DNA of 64,000 nt, from positions 160,001 to 224,000 of the forward strand of contig CAVPOC010000006.1 in NCBI GenBank assembly GCA_963706955.1, read 5' to 3'. Below, piece by piece: positions 51,242-63,600 of the stretch. The translations under genes were made by a program, and so were the position numbers. The notes under the pieces are model-generated. The model had not been told where the DNA came from. It did not search any database and saw nothing but the letters and a program-made list of their open reading frames with translations. This DNA comes from an uncultured Verrucomicrobiae bacterium (GTDB lineage Bacteria; Verrucomicrobiota; Verrucomicrobiia; Chthoniobacterales; Terrimicrobiaceae). Position 1 is the stretch's first letter. Each line of letters begins with the position of its first letter.

Positions 51242-54200
51242 TTACTTCGCCGGCGCCAACTCGGGCTGGGGGACTGAAGGTTCCTCGGTCCTCGCCGGCA
51301 ACTTTGACTTCCCAGCGAACCGCTGCTGTAGCCGCTCAAGGTAGAGATAGATGATCGGCGTGATGTAGAGAGTCACAATCTGGGAAATCACCAAGCCGCC
51401 AACCACGCTCAGTCCCAAGGGTCTGCGAACATCGCCACCAGCACCCAATCCTAAAGCGATCGGGAGAGTCCCCATCATGGCGGCCAAGGTGGTCATCATG
51501 ATTGGGCGGAAGCGGACGATGCAGGCGTCAAAAATCGCGACCGCTGGCGGTTTTTGATCGTTGCGTTGCGCGTCAAGAGCGAAGTCGATCATCATGATGG
51601 CGTTCTTCTTGACGATGCCGATGAGCATCAGCAACCCGACGAAGCCGTAGACGTTCAATTCCTGACGAAAGACGGCGAGCGTCAGGAGCGCGCCAAAACC
51701 TGCCGACGGCAGTCCCGAGAGGATTGTCAGAGGGTGGACGAAGCTTTCGTAGAGGATGCCCAGGATGATGTAGATGACCAGAATTGCCATCAGCAGCAGA
51801 AGGCCCAGATTTCCGAGAGACGCCTGAAAAGCCTGAGCCGCTCCTTGAAACTGTGTGCTGACTTGCTCGCCGAGTTCCGCCGCGGCGATGCGCTCGATGA
51901 CGGGAACCACGTCGCTCAGGGAAGTGCCTGGCGCAAGATCAAAGGAGAGGGTGACGGCCGGGAGTTGTCCAAGGTGCTGGACGGTGAGCGGTCCAACCTG
52001 TGATTTGAACTGGGCTACGGTGCTGAGCGGAACCAACTGGCCATTCGACGATCTAACGAAGAGTCGCGAGAGATCAGCAGACTCACGCTTGAAGTTCTCG
52101 TTCGCTTCTAAAATCACCCGATATTGATCGGTAGGCGTATAAATGGTGGAGATCTGGCGAGCGCCATAGGCGTTTCCGAGGGCGCGCTCGATCTGTCCCG
52201 CGCTGATTCCGAGGCTGGATGCCTTATCGCGGTTGATATCGACAAGGATCTGCGGACTCGTGATCTGGAGGTCAGTCGTCACGTCGACAATGCCAGGGAT
52301 TTGATTCATCGATCCTTCCATTTTCGTCGCCGCGTCATACAGAAGATCGAGATCGGGTCCGAAAAGCGTGAACTGATAGAGGCTCTTCGTCAGAGTCCCG
52401 CCAATGCGAATCGAAGGCGGGTTTTGTGGGAACACTTTCAAGCCCGGAATTGTGGAAAGATCTGTTCGCAGTTGGCCGATGATCTGATCGATCGGAGGAC
52501 GTTCGCTTCGGGGCTTAAGACTTAGGAAGAGCCGACCAGTATTGTTCGCTCTCGCCCCGCCTCCGCCTCCGATACGCGACATGAAAGATCCAACGGCCGG
52601 ATTCTTGGAGACAATACCGGCCGCCTTCTGCTGAAGCTCGATCATTTTTTCGAAGGCGACTCCCTGCTCGGCCTCCGTCGAGATCACGATTCGGCCGGTA
52701 TCCTCGTTCGGCAGGAAGCCTTTCGATGCTTTGATAAACATCCAAACCGTTACCAAGGCCATGGCCAAGGCCGCCAAAGACACCATCACGTGATGCCGCA
52801 GGGCCAGGCGCAACGTCTTTTGATAACCTGCCAGGACCGCGTTGAAGACCGACTCCGACCACCGGAAGAGAGCGTTATTGCTGGCGCCATGGGCACTCTT
52901 GAGAAAACGGCTGCAAAGCATCGGGGTGAGCGAGAGCGAAACAAAACCGGAAATCAGAATGGCCACGGCAATGGTGACGGCAAATTCGTTCAAGAGCCGG
53001 CCCAAGATCCCGCCCATGAAAAGCACTGGAATAAATACCGCCGCCAGCGAAAGCGTCATCGACAGAATTGTGAATCCAATCTCTCGTCCGCCTTTGATAG
53101 CCGCCTCAAACGGTGTCTCTCCCTTTTCCATGTGGCGGACAATATTTTCGAGAACCACAATGGCGTCATCGACAACAAATCCCACCGCGAGGATAAGCGC
53201 CATCAGAGAGAAATTGTTGACGCTAAAGTTCAGCAAATACATCACGCAAAACGTGCCAATGATCGAGAGCGGGATGGCCGCGCTTGGGATAAGGGTGGCG
53301 CGCACATTCCGCAGGAAAATGAAGATCACCAACACGACCAGGGCGACCGCGAGCACCAGCGTGAACTGCACATCGTGCAGGGACTCGCGGATCGAAATCG
53401 AGCGGTCATAAAGGATATCCAATTTGACCCCTCCAGGGAGCTGCGCCTTGAAAGTGGGGAGAAGCTCGCGAATGCGATCAATCACTTGGACGGTATTGGC
53501 ACCGGGTTGCCGGAGGATTGCCAAAACGATGCCGCGACTTTGATTGTACCAGCCGAGATTCTTGTCGTCTTCTACGCTATTGATGACGCTGGCGATTTGC
53601 TTGAGGCGGACGGGAAAGCCATCCCGATACGCGACAATGACCTCGCGAAAATCCTCCGCACGCTCCAGTTTGCCGGTCGTTTTGATCGTTCGCGATTTCG
53701 GTCCGGCATCGAGCTCTCCGGTAGCCTCATTGGAATTTGCTTCGCGAATCGCGTTCTCAACGTCATCGAATCCGATCCCGCGGGCGGCGAGTTCCCTGGG
53801 ATCGACCTTGACGCGGACCGCGAACTTCTGCGCGCCGAAAATATCGACCTGAGCGACACCGCTCACTGTAGAGAGGCGCTGTCCGATCAGGGTCTCAGCG
53901 TATTCGTTGACTTTGTTGAGCGGCAATGATTCGGAATGAGCGGCCAGCATCAAGATCGGCTGCTCCGCAGGGTTGACCTTGCGAAACGAGGGAGGAGCCG
54001 GCATGTCTGTGGGCAGATCTCGTTGGGCCTGTGAAATCGCGGCCTGGACGTCCTGCGCCGCGGCATCAATATTGCGGGAGAGTTCGAACTGGATGGTGAT
54101 GCTCGTGGATCCCAGTGAACTCGTCGAGGTCATCGACTCGATTCCGGCTATGGTCGAGAACTGCTTTTCCAGCGGCGTAGCTACCGAGGAAGCCATCGTC

Positions 54201-54370
54201 TCGGGCTCAGCACCCGGCAAGCTGGCAGAAACGTTAATCGTGGGGAAATCAACGTTAGGCAGATCGCTGACCGGCAGCCGAAAATAAGCGAGCAGGCCCG
54301 CTCCGAGGATCGAGATCATGACAAGGGTCGTCATGATCGGACGCCGCACGAAGGGATCAGTCAGGCTCAT
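51242..54370 (-). CDS. RND efflux permease (MdtB/MdtC-like, HAE1)
   Basis: FVRRPI, VGFVVDDAIVVLENI, GIVKKNAIMMIDFA and RFRPIMMTT; 1042 aa, intact. Confidence 0.96.
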   Translation of the reverse strand: MSLTDPFVRRPIMTTLVMISILGAGLLAYFRLPVSDLPNVDFPTINVSASLPGAEPETMASSVATPLEKQFSTIAGIESMTSTSSLGSTSITIQFELSRNIDAAAQDVQAAISQAQRDLPTDMPAPPSFRKVNPAEQPILMLAAHSESLPLNKVNEYAETLIGQRLSTVSGVAQVDIFGAQKFAVRVKVDPRELAARGIGFDDVENAIREANSNEATGELDAGPKSRTIKTTGKLERAEDFREVIVAYRDGFPVRLKQIASVINSVEDDKNLGWYNQSRGIVLAILRQPGANTVQVIDRIRELLPTFKAQLPGGVKLDILYDRSISIRESLHDVQFTLVLAVALVVLVIFIFLRNVRATLIPSAAIPLSIIGTFCVMYLLNFSVNNFSLMALILAVGFVVDDAIVVLENIVRHMEKGETPFEAAIKGGREIGFTILSMTLSLAAVFIPVLFMGGILGRLLNEFAVTIAVAILISGFVSLSLTPMLCSRFLKSAHGASNNALFRWSESVFNAVLAGYQKTLRLALRHHVMVSLAALAMALVTVWMFIKASKGFLPNEDTGRIVISTEAEQGVAFEKMIELQQKAAGIVSKNPAVGSFMSRIGGGGGARANNTGRLFLSLKPRSERPPIDQIIGQLRTDLSTIPGLKVFPQNPPSIRIGGTLTKSLYQFTLFGPDLDLLYDAATKMEGSMNQIPGIVDVTTDLQITSPQILVDINRDKASSLGISAGQIERALGNAYGARQISTIYTPTDQYRVILEANENFKRESADLSRLFVRSSNGQLVPLSTVAQFKSQVGPLTVQHLGQLPAVTLSFDLAPGTSLSDVVPVIERIAAAELGEQVSTQFQGAAQAFQASLGNLGLLLLMAILVIYIILGILYESFVHPLTILSGLPSAGFGALLTLAVFRQELNVYGFVGLLMLIGIVKKNAIMMIDFALDAQRNDQKPPAVAIFDACIVRFRPIMMTTLAAMMGTLPIALGLGAGGDVRRPLGLSVVGGLVISQIVTLYITPIIYLYLERLQQRFAGKSKLPARTEEPSVPQPELAPAK

Positions 54371-54371
54371 T

Positions 54372-55499
54372 TCATCCGGAGGTAGTATTTCCGGCGACTT
54401 CAGGCTTCTGGGATTCCACGATCGTAATTTTGGAGCCAGGCGAAATACGGAGCTGACCGCTCGTGACGACGAGTTCGCCGGGCTTCAGGCCTTCCGTGAC
54501 GACGGTCAGATCGCCGACAGCGCGCCCGACTTTCACTTTCCTCATCTCGGCAGTGTTTCCGGAAATGACAAAGACCTGGGATCCTTGCTGGCCTTCCATG
54601 ATAGCGGTTGTGGGCACAGTCAGGGCGTCTGGTTGATCGGCGAGCTTGACGGTTACATCGACGAATTGGCCTGGCCAGAGAGTGTCATCCTCATTCGGAA
54701 AGGTGGCCTTGAAGGCGATCATGCCCGAGACCCGATCGACTTTGTTATCAATAACCGTCAATTCGCCAGTGCCGAGGAGCCGGCCACTGTCTGGATCGCG
54801 TGCGCTGACAATCGGTTTCCCAGTTGCCATCCATTTCCGCACTTCGTTGAGTGCACCTTCATGCAGGGAAAACGCGACATAAATCGGCTCCATCTGATTG
54901 ATGACGGTCAAGACATCGGTATTGGCATTGACGATATTGCCCGGTTTAAGAAGAGCCGACCCGGCGCGACCTGAGATTGGCGCACGCATTTGCGCCCAGC
55001 CGACTGAGAGTTGGGCTTCATCCACATCGGCCTGCCGCGCATCAAGGACTGACCTTTGAGATTCAGCCATTGATAAATATTGTGAAAACTGCTCCTTGGA
55101 TGCGACCCCACGATTGATCAAGGTGGTGTATCTCTCCGCCTGTTCGCTGGCGTTGTCGGCGGTGGATCTAGCCATCGCCAGATTCGCCTGAGCCCGCTTG
55201 AGAGCGACTTCGAAGGAACGGGCATCGATATCGAACAACGGGTCGCCTTGCTGCACCTCGGCGCCATCCGCGAAGTGCACACGCAAGATTTCTCCTTGCA
55301 CCTTCGACTTAAGCTGAACGCTGGCGATCGGCTCAACCGCGCCAATCGCACGCATCTCGATCGGCATATTTCGCACCTCTGCAGTGGCCGCCTCCACGGG
55401 AATAGGAGGTGCTTCCGCGGCATCTTGGGAGCCAACTCTCTGGCACGCAGAGGTGGCGAGAACTGCAGCCATTAATGTGGGAGCGAGGAAACGTTTCAT
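54372..55499 (-). CDS. RND periplasmic adaptor lipoprotein
   Basis: Lipobox TSA-C, LKSKVQGEI, RAPISGR and LWPGQFV. Confidence 0.94.
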   Translation of the reverse strand: MKRFLAPTLMAAVLATSACQRVGSQDAAEAPPIPVEAATAEVRNMPIEMRAIGAVEPIASVQLKSKVQGEILRVHFADGAEVQQGDPLFDIDARSFEVALKRAQANLAMARSTADNASEQAERYTTLINRGVASKEQFSQYLSMAESQRSVLDARQADVDEAQLSVGWAQMRAPISGRAGSALLKPGNIVNANTDVLTVINQMEPIYVAFSLHEGALNEVRKWMATGKPIVSARDPDSGRLLGTGELTVIDNKVDRVSGMIAFKATFPNEDDTLWPGQFVDVTVKLADQPDALTVPTTAIMEGQQGSQVFVISGNTAEMRKVKVGRAVGDLTVVTEGLKPGELVVTSGQLRISPGSKITIVESQKPEVAGNTTSG

Positions 55500-56170
55500 G
55501 CACCGAAATTGCCCTTCATCAAGATCGAAGGCGTAGCGGCGCCATTCAAGAAACAATCGGCGGCAAAGTCTGCCGAGGCACTCAAGTGCCCGTTGCCACG
55601 TTCCCGAATCCACTGGCGAATCATTTGCAGGGTGATGCCAAGAAATGCGACCGCATACAGTCGAGGGTCACCGGACTTCAGTTCCCCGCTCTGCTGTCCA
55701 CGAACAATACAACCCTCGATCGAAGTCAGGTTTCTCCGCTTAAGTTCTTCCATCTGCTTCCAATGTTCCTCGTTCAAGGGTGAGCGCGCCATTTGTTGCT
55801 GATGTAGAAATAACTCAAAGAACTGGCGATTAGTTTCGTGATAAGCAAAAAGAGCTTGCGCCGCGGCGCGGAGGCAGGCCTTCGCAGATGCCTCTGCATT
55901 CAATGCTCCCTCCAGTCGGGTGACAACTTCATTCATCTTCTCAACGATCACGCTCCCATAGAGATCCGCCTTGTCCCGAAAGTATAAGTAGATCGTGCCG
56001 ACCGCTAGGTCCGCGCCAAGGGCAATCTCGGTAATCGAGGCCTCGTAATACCCACGCGCACTGAACACCTCCTCAGCCGCCGCCAGGATTCGCTTGCGCC
56101 TCCGCGCACCGCGCTCCACACGCCGGCGAGAAAGTCGTTGCGAGGTCGAGATTTCTGAACCATGGTTCAT
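55496..56170 (-). CDS. TetR/AcrR family transcriptional regulator
   Basis: ILAAAEEVFSARGYYEASITEIA...AVGTIYLYFRDKADL HTH. Confidence 0.95.
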   Translation of the reverse strand: MNHGSEISTSQRLSRRRVERGARRRKRILAAAEEVFSARGYYEASITEIALGADLAVGTIYLYFRDKADLYGSVIVEKMNEVVTRLEGALNAEASAKACLRAAAQALFAYHETNRQFFELFLHQQQMARSPLNEEHWKQMEELKRRNLTSIEGCIVRGQQSGELKSGDPRLYAVAFLGITLQMIRQWIRERGNGHLSASADFAADCFLNGAATPSILMKGNFGA

Positions 56171-56190
56171 ACAATGAATGTATATTCATT
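56156..56190. promoter_or_regulatory. Two tandem TGAA-N6-TTCA palindromes, putative TetR operators
   Basis: TGAACCATGGTTCA (56156-56169) and AATGAATGTATATTCATT (56173-56190) cover the tetR start codon and its probable -10 region. Confidence 0.75.
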
Positions 56191-56297
56191 TTTGAGGGTC
56201 AGGTCAAGCCGCGCTGTTAGATGAACTATGGAAGGGAAGTATAGGGTCGGGCAAAGAAATCGGGGAACAAAAGCAATCCTCGGCGATTCAATCTGAT

Positions 56298-57548
56298 ATG
56301 AGTTCAGAAGATGAGTTTCGATCGGCCCTGGGTCGGTCAGTGGTGGCTCTTCCTCGGGAGGCCACCAAACCGTCCCGGATGAAGCTTTCCTGGCGACTGC
56401 TTCGGTGGCTAGTGCTTCTTGGTCTTGCGTTGGCTGGTTTAGCGATGTGGAGGTCCCGGCCTGCCAGCGGCTCGGCGGAAATGAGTCACGCCAATAACAG
56501 CAAACGGGCAGTGGTTCCTGTCCAGGCCGCTCAGGCAGAAGTCGGAAAGTTTCCGATGTATCTGAACGGTCTTGGGATCGTGCAGCCCTTCTATGGCATT
56601 ACCATGCGGGCGCGCGTCGACGGCGAGCTAGAGCAGGTCTACTTTCAGGAGGGACAAAGTGTAGAGAAGGGTGACCTAATTGCCCAGATTGATCCGCGGA
56701 CCTATCAAGCCCAGCTCGATCAGGCGAAGGCTAAAAAAGCCCAGGATGAAGCGCAGCTGGCCAGCTCGCAGCTCATGCTGCAGCGGGATACACAGTTGAT
56801 CAAGAACAGGGTGATTGATCAGCAAACCTACGATACGCAGAGGTATGCGACCGATCAGCTTCAAGCATTGGTGCAGGCCGATCAGGCCGCGATCGATAAT
56901 GCACAAACGCAACTCGACTATACCCATCTCGTGGCACCGATCTCCGGGCGCGTCGGCATCCGGCTAATCGATCCGGGAAACATCGTTCACAGCTCAGACA
57001 CTGGTGGGATTGCGACGATCAACCAAGTGCAGCCCATTTCAGTGCTCTTCACGCTTCCCCAACAGGAGTTGGGAAAGGTTCGTGAAGCCTTGCAGCAAAA
57101 CAAGGCGCTCCAGGTGGTCGCACTCGATCGTGACAATTCCTCTACCCTTAGTAACGGCACGTTGGCCGTGCTCGACAATCAGATCGATTCCGCTACCGCT
57201 ACCGTCAAGCTTAAGGCGACTTTCGACAATGCCGACTTGCGCCTCTGGCCTGGGCAATTCGTCAATGTTCGCTTGCTTTTGGGCACGAAATCCAACGCGG
57301 TGACGGTTCCTGCTCCAGCGGTGCAACGTGGGCCCCGCGGAATGTACGTCTACTTGTTAAGTCCAGACAACAAGGCTGAGATGCGCCCGGTGATCGTTGG
57401 ATCAACAGAGGACAATCGGACGCTTGTCGAGTCAGGCTTGCAAGGGGGAGACCGGATAGTTGTGGATGGGCAATACCGCCTTCAGCCTGGCGCGACCGTC
57501 GAGATGGCCAACAATTCCACGGGCGACGAGTCTCGCAAAAAGCAGTGA
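56298..57548 (+). CDS. mdtA: RND periplasmic adaptor (MdtA-like)
   Basis: TM anchor, RARVDGEL, QIDPRTYQ, APISGRVGIR, DNQID and LWPGQFVNV; upstream of two RND permeases. Confidence 0.88.
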   Translation: MSSEDEFRSALGRSVVALPREATKPSRMKLSWRLLRWLVLLGLALAGLAMWRSRPASGSAEMSHANNSKRAVVPVQAAQAEVGKFPMYLNGLGIVQPFYGITMRARVDGELEQVYFQEGQSVEKGDLIAQIDPRTYQAQLDQAKAKKAQDEAQLASSQLMLQRDTQLIKNRVIDQQTYDTQRYATDQLQALVQADQAAIDNAQTQLDYTHLVAPISGRVGIRLIDPGNIVHSSDTGGIATINQVQPISVLFTLPQQELGKVREALQQNKALQVVALDRDNSSTLSNGTLAVLDNQIDSATATVKLKATFDNADLRLWPGQFVNVRLLLGTKSNAVTVPAPAVQRGPRGMYVYLLSPDNKAEMRPVIVGSTEDNRTLVESGLQGGDRIVVDGQYRLQPGATVEMANNSTGDESRKKQ

Positions 57549-60500
57549 ACGTTTCGGAGCCATTTATCCGACGCCCGATCGCGACGTCGCTTCTGATGTT
57601 TGGGATCGTCTTGATCGGCTCATTGGGATACAAGTTTCTCCCCGTTTCCGCGCTCCCGACCGTTGATTTTCCAACGATCCAAGTAGTTTCCCAATATCCC
57701 GGAGCTGATCCCCAAGTCATGGCCTCCCTGGTGACCGCTCCGCTAGAGAAGCAATTCGGTCAGATCAGCGGCCTCGCGAACATGAATTCGATCAGTTCGT
57801 TCGGCACCTCAGTGGTCACCTTGCAGTTCGTGCTGGGCCGCAAGATTGACGAAGCAGGCCAAGACGTTCAGGCGGCCATCAATGCGGCGGGCGGCTTGCT
57901 ACCTCAGGATATGCCAAATCCGCCGACATTTAACAAAGTTAACCCCGCGGATACACCGATCCTTACGCTTGCAATCACATCCGACAACCTGCCGCTCGAC
58001 AGGGTCAACGACTTCGCTGACTCGATCCTGGCCCAGAAGCTGAGTGAAGTCTCGGGAGTCGGCCTGGTTACAATTCAGGGCAACCAAAAGCCGGCGATTC
58101 GTGTGCAGGTCAACCCGGCGGCTGTTTCAGCGCAAGGTTTGAGCCTGGAGGACGTTCGAGCAGCGATCGCACAGGCCAATGTCAACGCGCCGAAGGGAAG
58201 CTTTGACGGCAAGCAGCAAGCCTTTACTTTGGGCTCCAACGATCAAATTCTTCAGGCAGAGGATTTCAAGCCCATCATCATTGCCTACCGCAACGGAGGA
58301 CCAGTGCGCCTGCAAGACGTTGCCGCCGTGTTTGATGGTGTCGAAAACGATCGTTTGGCGGCGTGGATCGCAACCCCTGGTCAAAGCTATCAGCCTGCCG
58401 TTCTCCTCGATATTCAGCGCCAGCCTGGCGCGAACATCATAGAAACCGTTGAACGCGTAAAAAATCTCCTGCCCCGCTTGACGGCTTCACTCCCTGCCGG
58501 CGTTCGTCTCTCCATCTTTTCCGACCGCACCGAGACGATTCGAGCTTCTGTGGCCGACGTGCAATTTACGCTGGTGTTGACAGTCGGATTGGTCGTCCTC
58601 GTCCTGCTCCTATTTTTGCGGCGTTTGCGCGCCACCGCCATCCCGAGCGTGGCTTTGCCACTTTCGCTCCTGGGCACTTTTGCGGTCATGTCGCTCGCAG
58701 GTTTTAGCCTCGACAACCTGTCGCTAATGGCGTTGACGATCTCGACCGGCTTCGTCGTCGACGATGCCATTGTGATGATCGAAAATATCTTTCGATATAT
58801 CGAGAACGGTGATCATCCCTTTGAGGCTGCTCTCAAGGGTTCGAAGCAAGTTGGCTTTACGGTCATTTCGCTAAGCATTTCTTTGATCGCGGTATTCATT
58901 CCTCTTCTCTTCATGTCCGGCATCGTCGGACGACTCTTTCGAGAGTTTGCCATTACCTTGAGCACGGCAGTTGCGGTTTCGGCATTTGTTTCGCTGACGC
59001 TAACTCCAATGATGTGTGCCAAGATGCTCCGCCGCGAGGATGAGCAGCACGAAAACGCCTTCCAGCGGGTGGTTGAGCGCGGCTTTAAGATGGTGCTGCG
59101 GCTCTATGATCGCTCACTGGGTTTTGTTTTGCGCCACCAAACCGCCGCTCTTATCGTCGCCGCGGCGACCCTTGTCGCGACGGGCGTCCTCTATGTGTTT
59201 GTGCCGAAAGGTTTGCTCCCTCAGCAAGACACCGGGCTTATCGTTGGCGTCACCGACGCCTCCGAGGATGTTTCCTTTCCGGCGATGCTTTCGCTTCAGC
59301 GAGCGGTTACGGATGCGGTTACAACCGACCCGGATGTCGAGCGGGTCGCGGGATTCGTCGGCGCAGGCATCGTAAATTCCACGCCAAATACCGGACGACT
59401 CTACGTAGTGCTTAAGCCGCGTAGGTCCCGTGCATCGGCAGAACAAATCATCGCCCGTTTGCGAGAAAAAGTCGGCCGCATCGAGGGGGTTGACGTCTTT
59501 TTTCAAGCTGCCCAAGACCTCCAGATTGATACGCACACCAGTCGTACCTGAGTATCAATATATCCTGGAAGGCCCCGACGCTGGGGATCTTGCGCAATGG
59601 GTTCCGAAGCTTGTTGATAGATTAAAAACCTTACCGCAGCTGGCGGATGTGGCCAGCGATCAGCAGGAAAGTGGTCTTCAACTCCAGGTGGAGATTGATC
59701 GCACGCAGGCCTCGCGTTTGAACGTCCCGATCCAGGCGATCGATGACACCCTTTACGACGCCTTCGGCCAAAGGCAAATCTCAGTCATCTTTACCCAGCT
59801 AAATCAATACCGGGTGGTCATGGAAGTTCCTCCGGAATTCCGTAGTTCGGTGAGCGACCTCGACAAGATTTACGTCAAATCCACTAGCGGTTCGCTCGTT
59901 CCGCTGAGTGCCTTCGCAACCGCCCGTATCCAAACGACACCGCTCGTGATAACACATCAGGGGCAGTTCCCTTCGGCAACGCTCTCCTTCAACCTCGGAC
60001 GAGGCCATTCGTTGGGAGAGGCGGTGCGGGCAATCGAGCAAGCTCGTCGGAACATTGGAATGCCGGACGCAATCGTCGCGGAATTTACGGGCAGTGTGGC
60101 GGAGTTTCGCGCTTCGCTCGCAAGCGAACCTTTCCTGATTCTTGCGGCAGTCGTGGTCATCTACATTGTGCTGGGAGTCCTCTATGAGAGCTATATCCAC
60201 CCGTTGACGATCCTATCCACTTTGCCCAGCGCCGGGGTAGGAGCGCTCTTGGCCCTTGATCTTTACCAGATGGATTTTTCTTTGGTTGCCTTGATCGGAG
60301 TCGTCCTGCTCATCGGCATCGTAAAAAAGAACGCGATCATGATGATCGACTTCGCGCTCGGCGCCCAACGCGAACGAGGCTTATCGGCCTATAGCGCAAT
60401 CTACGAAGCATGCTTGCTTCGCTTTCGCCCAATCATGATGACCACCGCCGCGGCTCTCTTGGGCGCGCTCCCCATGGCGCTGCAGACTGGGACCGGTTCA

Positions 60501-60674
60501 GAGCTTCGCAGACCTTTGGGAGTCGCCATCGTTGGCGGCTTGCTGCTCTCCCAATTTCTTACGCTGTACACTACGCCCGTCATCTATCTTGCTCTTGATC
60601 GAGTCGAGCGTTGGATTTCCCAACGCCGCGAGGCTCCGCGGCCGATCGGACCGCTTCAATCCGCTGCCCGATGA
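57545..60674 (+). CDS. mdtB: RND efflux permease MdtB-like (frameshift ~59548)
   Basis: ORFs 57545..59551 and 59430..60674 join as ...HTSRT-EYQYIL...; RND signature motifs. Confidence 0.88.
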
Positions 60675-63600
60675 ACGTTTCCGGTCCATTTATCCGGCGC
60701 CCGATTGGCACGTCGCTACTCGCCGTCGGATTGTTACTGCTCGGCGGGACGGCGTATTTCTTTCTGCCAGTTGCGCCGTTGCCGCAGGTGGACTTTCCGA
60801 CAATCGGTGTGAACGCGTCACTTCCTGGCGTCGACCCGGCGACCGCGGCTAGTTCTTTGGCCGCCCCGTTGGAACGACGTCTCGGGCAAATCGCTGGCCT
60901 AACGGAAATGACCTCTGTTAGCTCGCTGGGAGGAGCCAATGTTACGACTCAATTCGACTTGAGCCGAAACGTGAATGACGCTGCGCGCGATGTGCAAGCG
61001 GCAATCAATGCCGCCGAGCGAGACCTCCCCGCCAACCTGCCGAGCCCGCCGACCTACCGAAAGTACAATCCGGCCGACGCCCCCGTGATGGTTCTAGCGA
61101 TGACTTCGCCGACCATGCGGTTGTCGGAAGTCTACAACTTGGCCGACCAGATCGTGGCTCAGCGCCTCTGCCAGCTCTCAGGTATTAGCCAAGTCGGAAT
61201 CTACGGCGGCGCTAAGACCGCGGTGCGCGTGCAAGTCAACCCGGCTGCCCTCGCCTCGATGGGAATGAGCTTGGAAGACGTCCGAAGTTTTCTGCAAAAC
61301 ACTAACAGGCTTATGGCCAAGGGGTCAGTGGACAACGCCGGGAAAAGCCTGATGGTTTCCGCAAACGACCAAATCTTGGGAGCCGACAGTTATAGATCCC
61401 TCGTGCTCGCTGAACGAAACGGTCTTCCCGTGAGGTTGGGCGCCATCGCTAACGTGATCGACAGTACCTGAAAATACCTTTCAGGCCGGCTGGTTTAACA
61501 GGGAAAGGGCCGTGTTAATGCCCGTGTTCAAGCAATCCGACGCGAACGTCATAGCCGTAGTCGATGAAATTCGCGAGCTCTTGCCACAGATTCAACAATG
61601 GCTTCCGCCAGGCGTAAACCTAAGCATTCTTAGCGATCGCACCGAGACCATTCGAGCATCAGTCCACGATGTCCAATTCACGCTCGTCCTGACCATCACC
61701 TTGGTGGTCGTCGTGATGGCTATCTTCCTTCGGCGATTCTGGCCGACATTTATCGCCGGGGTGACCGTGCCGCTGTCGTTGGCGGGGACCTTCGTCGTCA
61801 TGTGGCTGTGTAAATTCAGCCTTGATAATATCTCCTTGATGGCGCTCACCGTCGCCGTGGGCTTTCTCGTGGACGACGCCGTCGTCGTGATTGAAAACAT
61901 CGTGCGACATATCGAAGGAGGAGAGTCACCATTCGCGGCAACGTTGAAGGGTGCGGAGCAGATCGGATTTACCGTCATTTCGATAAGCCTCTCCCTCGTC
62001 GCGGTCTTTATTCCAGTTCTTCTGATGGGAGGATTGATCGGACGCCTTTTCCGCGAATTTGCAGTAACCCTGTGCGTCGCGATTCTTGTTTCAGCGATCA
62101 TTTCTCTCACACTCACCCCCACGCTTTGCGGGCAATTTCTGCGCGCGACTCCGAAGCAGCGAGGGCAAAGTTCGCGCTTTGCAGAGTGGCTGCAGGAGGG
62201 CTACGCCCGCGCGTTGCGCTGGGTTTTCAAACACCGTTTCTTAACTCAGATCCTCACCGTGGCAACCTTGGCCCTTTCCGTTTGGCTCTACGCTGTCACC
62301 CCCAAAGGCTTCTTTCCCCAACAGGATACCGGTATGATCTTTGGAACGACCGAGGCCGCGCAGGATATTTCCTTTGCCGACATGGCAAAAAAGCAGCAGC
62401 AAATGGTGGAGATATTGTTGGCCGATCCGGCGATTGCCACAGTTGGCTCCTTTGTGGGATCTGGCGGCGGAGGCAACGCACAAAACAACGGGCGAATGTT
62501 TATCGCCTTGAAAGCACCAGATCAGCGCGCTCCTATTGATGAGGTGATTGCGCGAATTCGCGCGAAAACTGCCAAGGTGCCGGGAATAGCACTCTTTCTT
62601 CAGCCCGTGCAAGACATTCGGGTCGGCGGCCGGCTGACCAAGTCACTCTACCAGTATACGCTGCGCAGTGTTGACTTGGATGAACTCACCACCTGGGCGC
62701 CGCTTCTGGTCGCAGAGTTGAAGAAATCTCCCGAGCTTGCCGACGTGAATAGCGACCAGCAGTTCCAAGGTCTTCAGACGACCATTATCGTTGACCGCGA
62801 CGCAGCGGGGCGGCTGGGAATTCAGCCCGAAGCAATTGACTCGACCTTGTACAGTGGCTTCGGACAGCGCCAAGTCTCCATCATCTATGGACCGCAAAAT
62901 CAGTATCGTGTGGTGCTGGAAGCGGACCCGCAATATCAGGGAGATCCGAAGGCGCTTGAGAAAGTCTTCGTTCGTGCGGCGAGCGGCCAAATGGTTCCGT
63001 TGAGCAGCATCGCGCACTATCAGATCGCCAATGTTCCGTTGGCAGTGAACCACCAGGGCCAGTTCGCAGCCGTGACAATTTCTTTTAACCTCGCGCCGGG
63101 TGTATCTCTAGAACGAGCCACTCAAGCAATTGATCACGCGGTGAGAGAGTTGAAGATGCCCGCAACCGTAACCGGGGCTTTTGCAGGTAACGCTCAGGTC
63201 TTCCAGCAGTCTGTGGCCAATCAACCTATCCTCATCCTGGCCGCTTTGCTCGCGGTCTATATTGTCCTCGGCATGCTCTACGAGAGCCTGGTCCACCCGA
63301 TTACCATTCTCTCCACACTACCCAGCGCGGGTCTGGGCGCGCTCTTGGCTCTGGAGCTTACACGGTTCGAGCTTTCGATCGTTGCAATGATTGGAATCAT
63401 CCTGCTCATCGGGATTGTGAAAAAGAACGCCATCATGATGGTGGACTTTGCCCTTGAAATGCAACGAAAGGGTCACTTGAAGCCGGAGGAAGCCATTTTC
63501 CAGGCATGCCTCGTGCGATTTCGCCCGATTACGATGACCACTCTCGCAGCGCTATTCGGAGCACTCCCCTTGGCGATCGGTCTCGGCGTCGGATCCGAAC

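Noticed and set aside
52790..53929. Long antisense ORFs (also 1202..2032, 16251..17021, 26679..27608, 36205..37215)
   Set aside because: Shadow ORFs opposite well-supported genes in GC-rich DNA, with no recognisable motifs.
59549..61471. TGA codons ending the mdtB and mdtC fragments as selenocysteine or genetic-code reassignment
   Set aside because: Coding continues in a different frame, and TGA is a normal stop elsewhere in the window.
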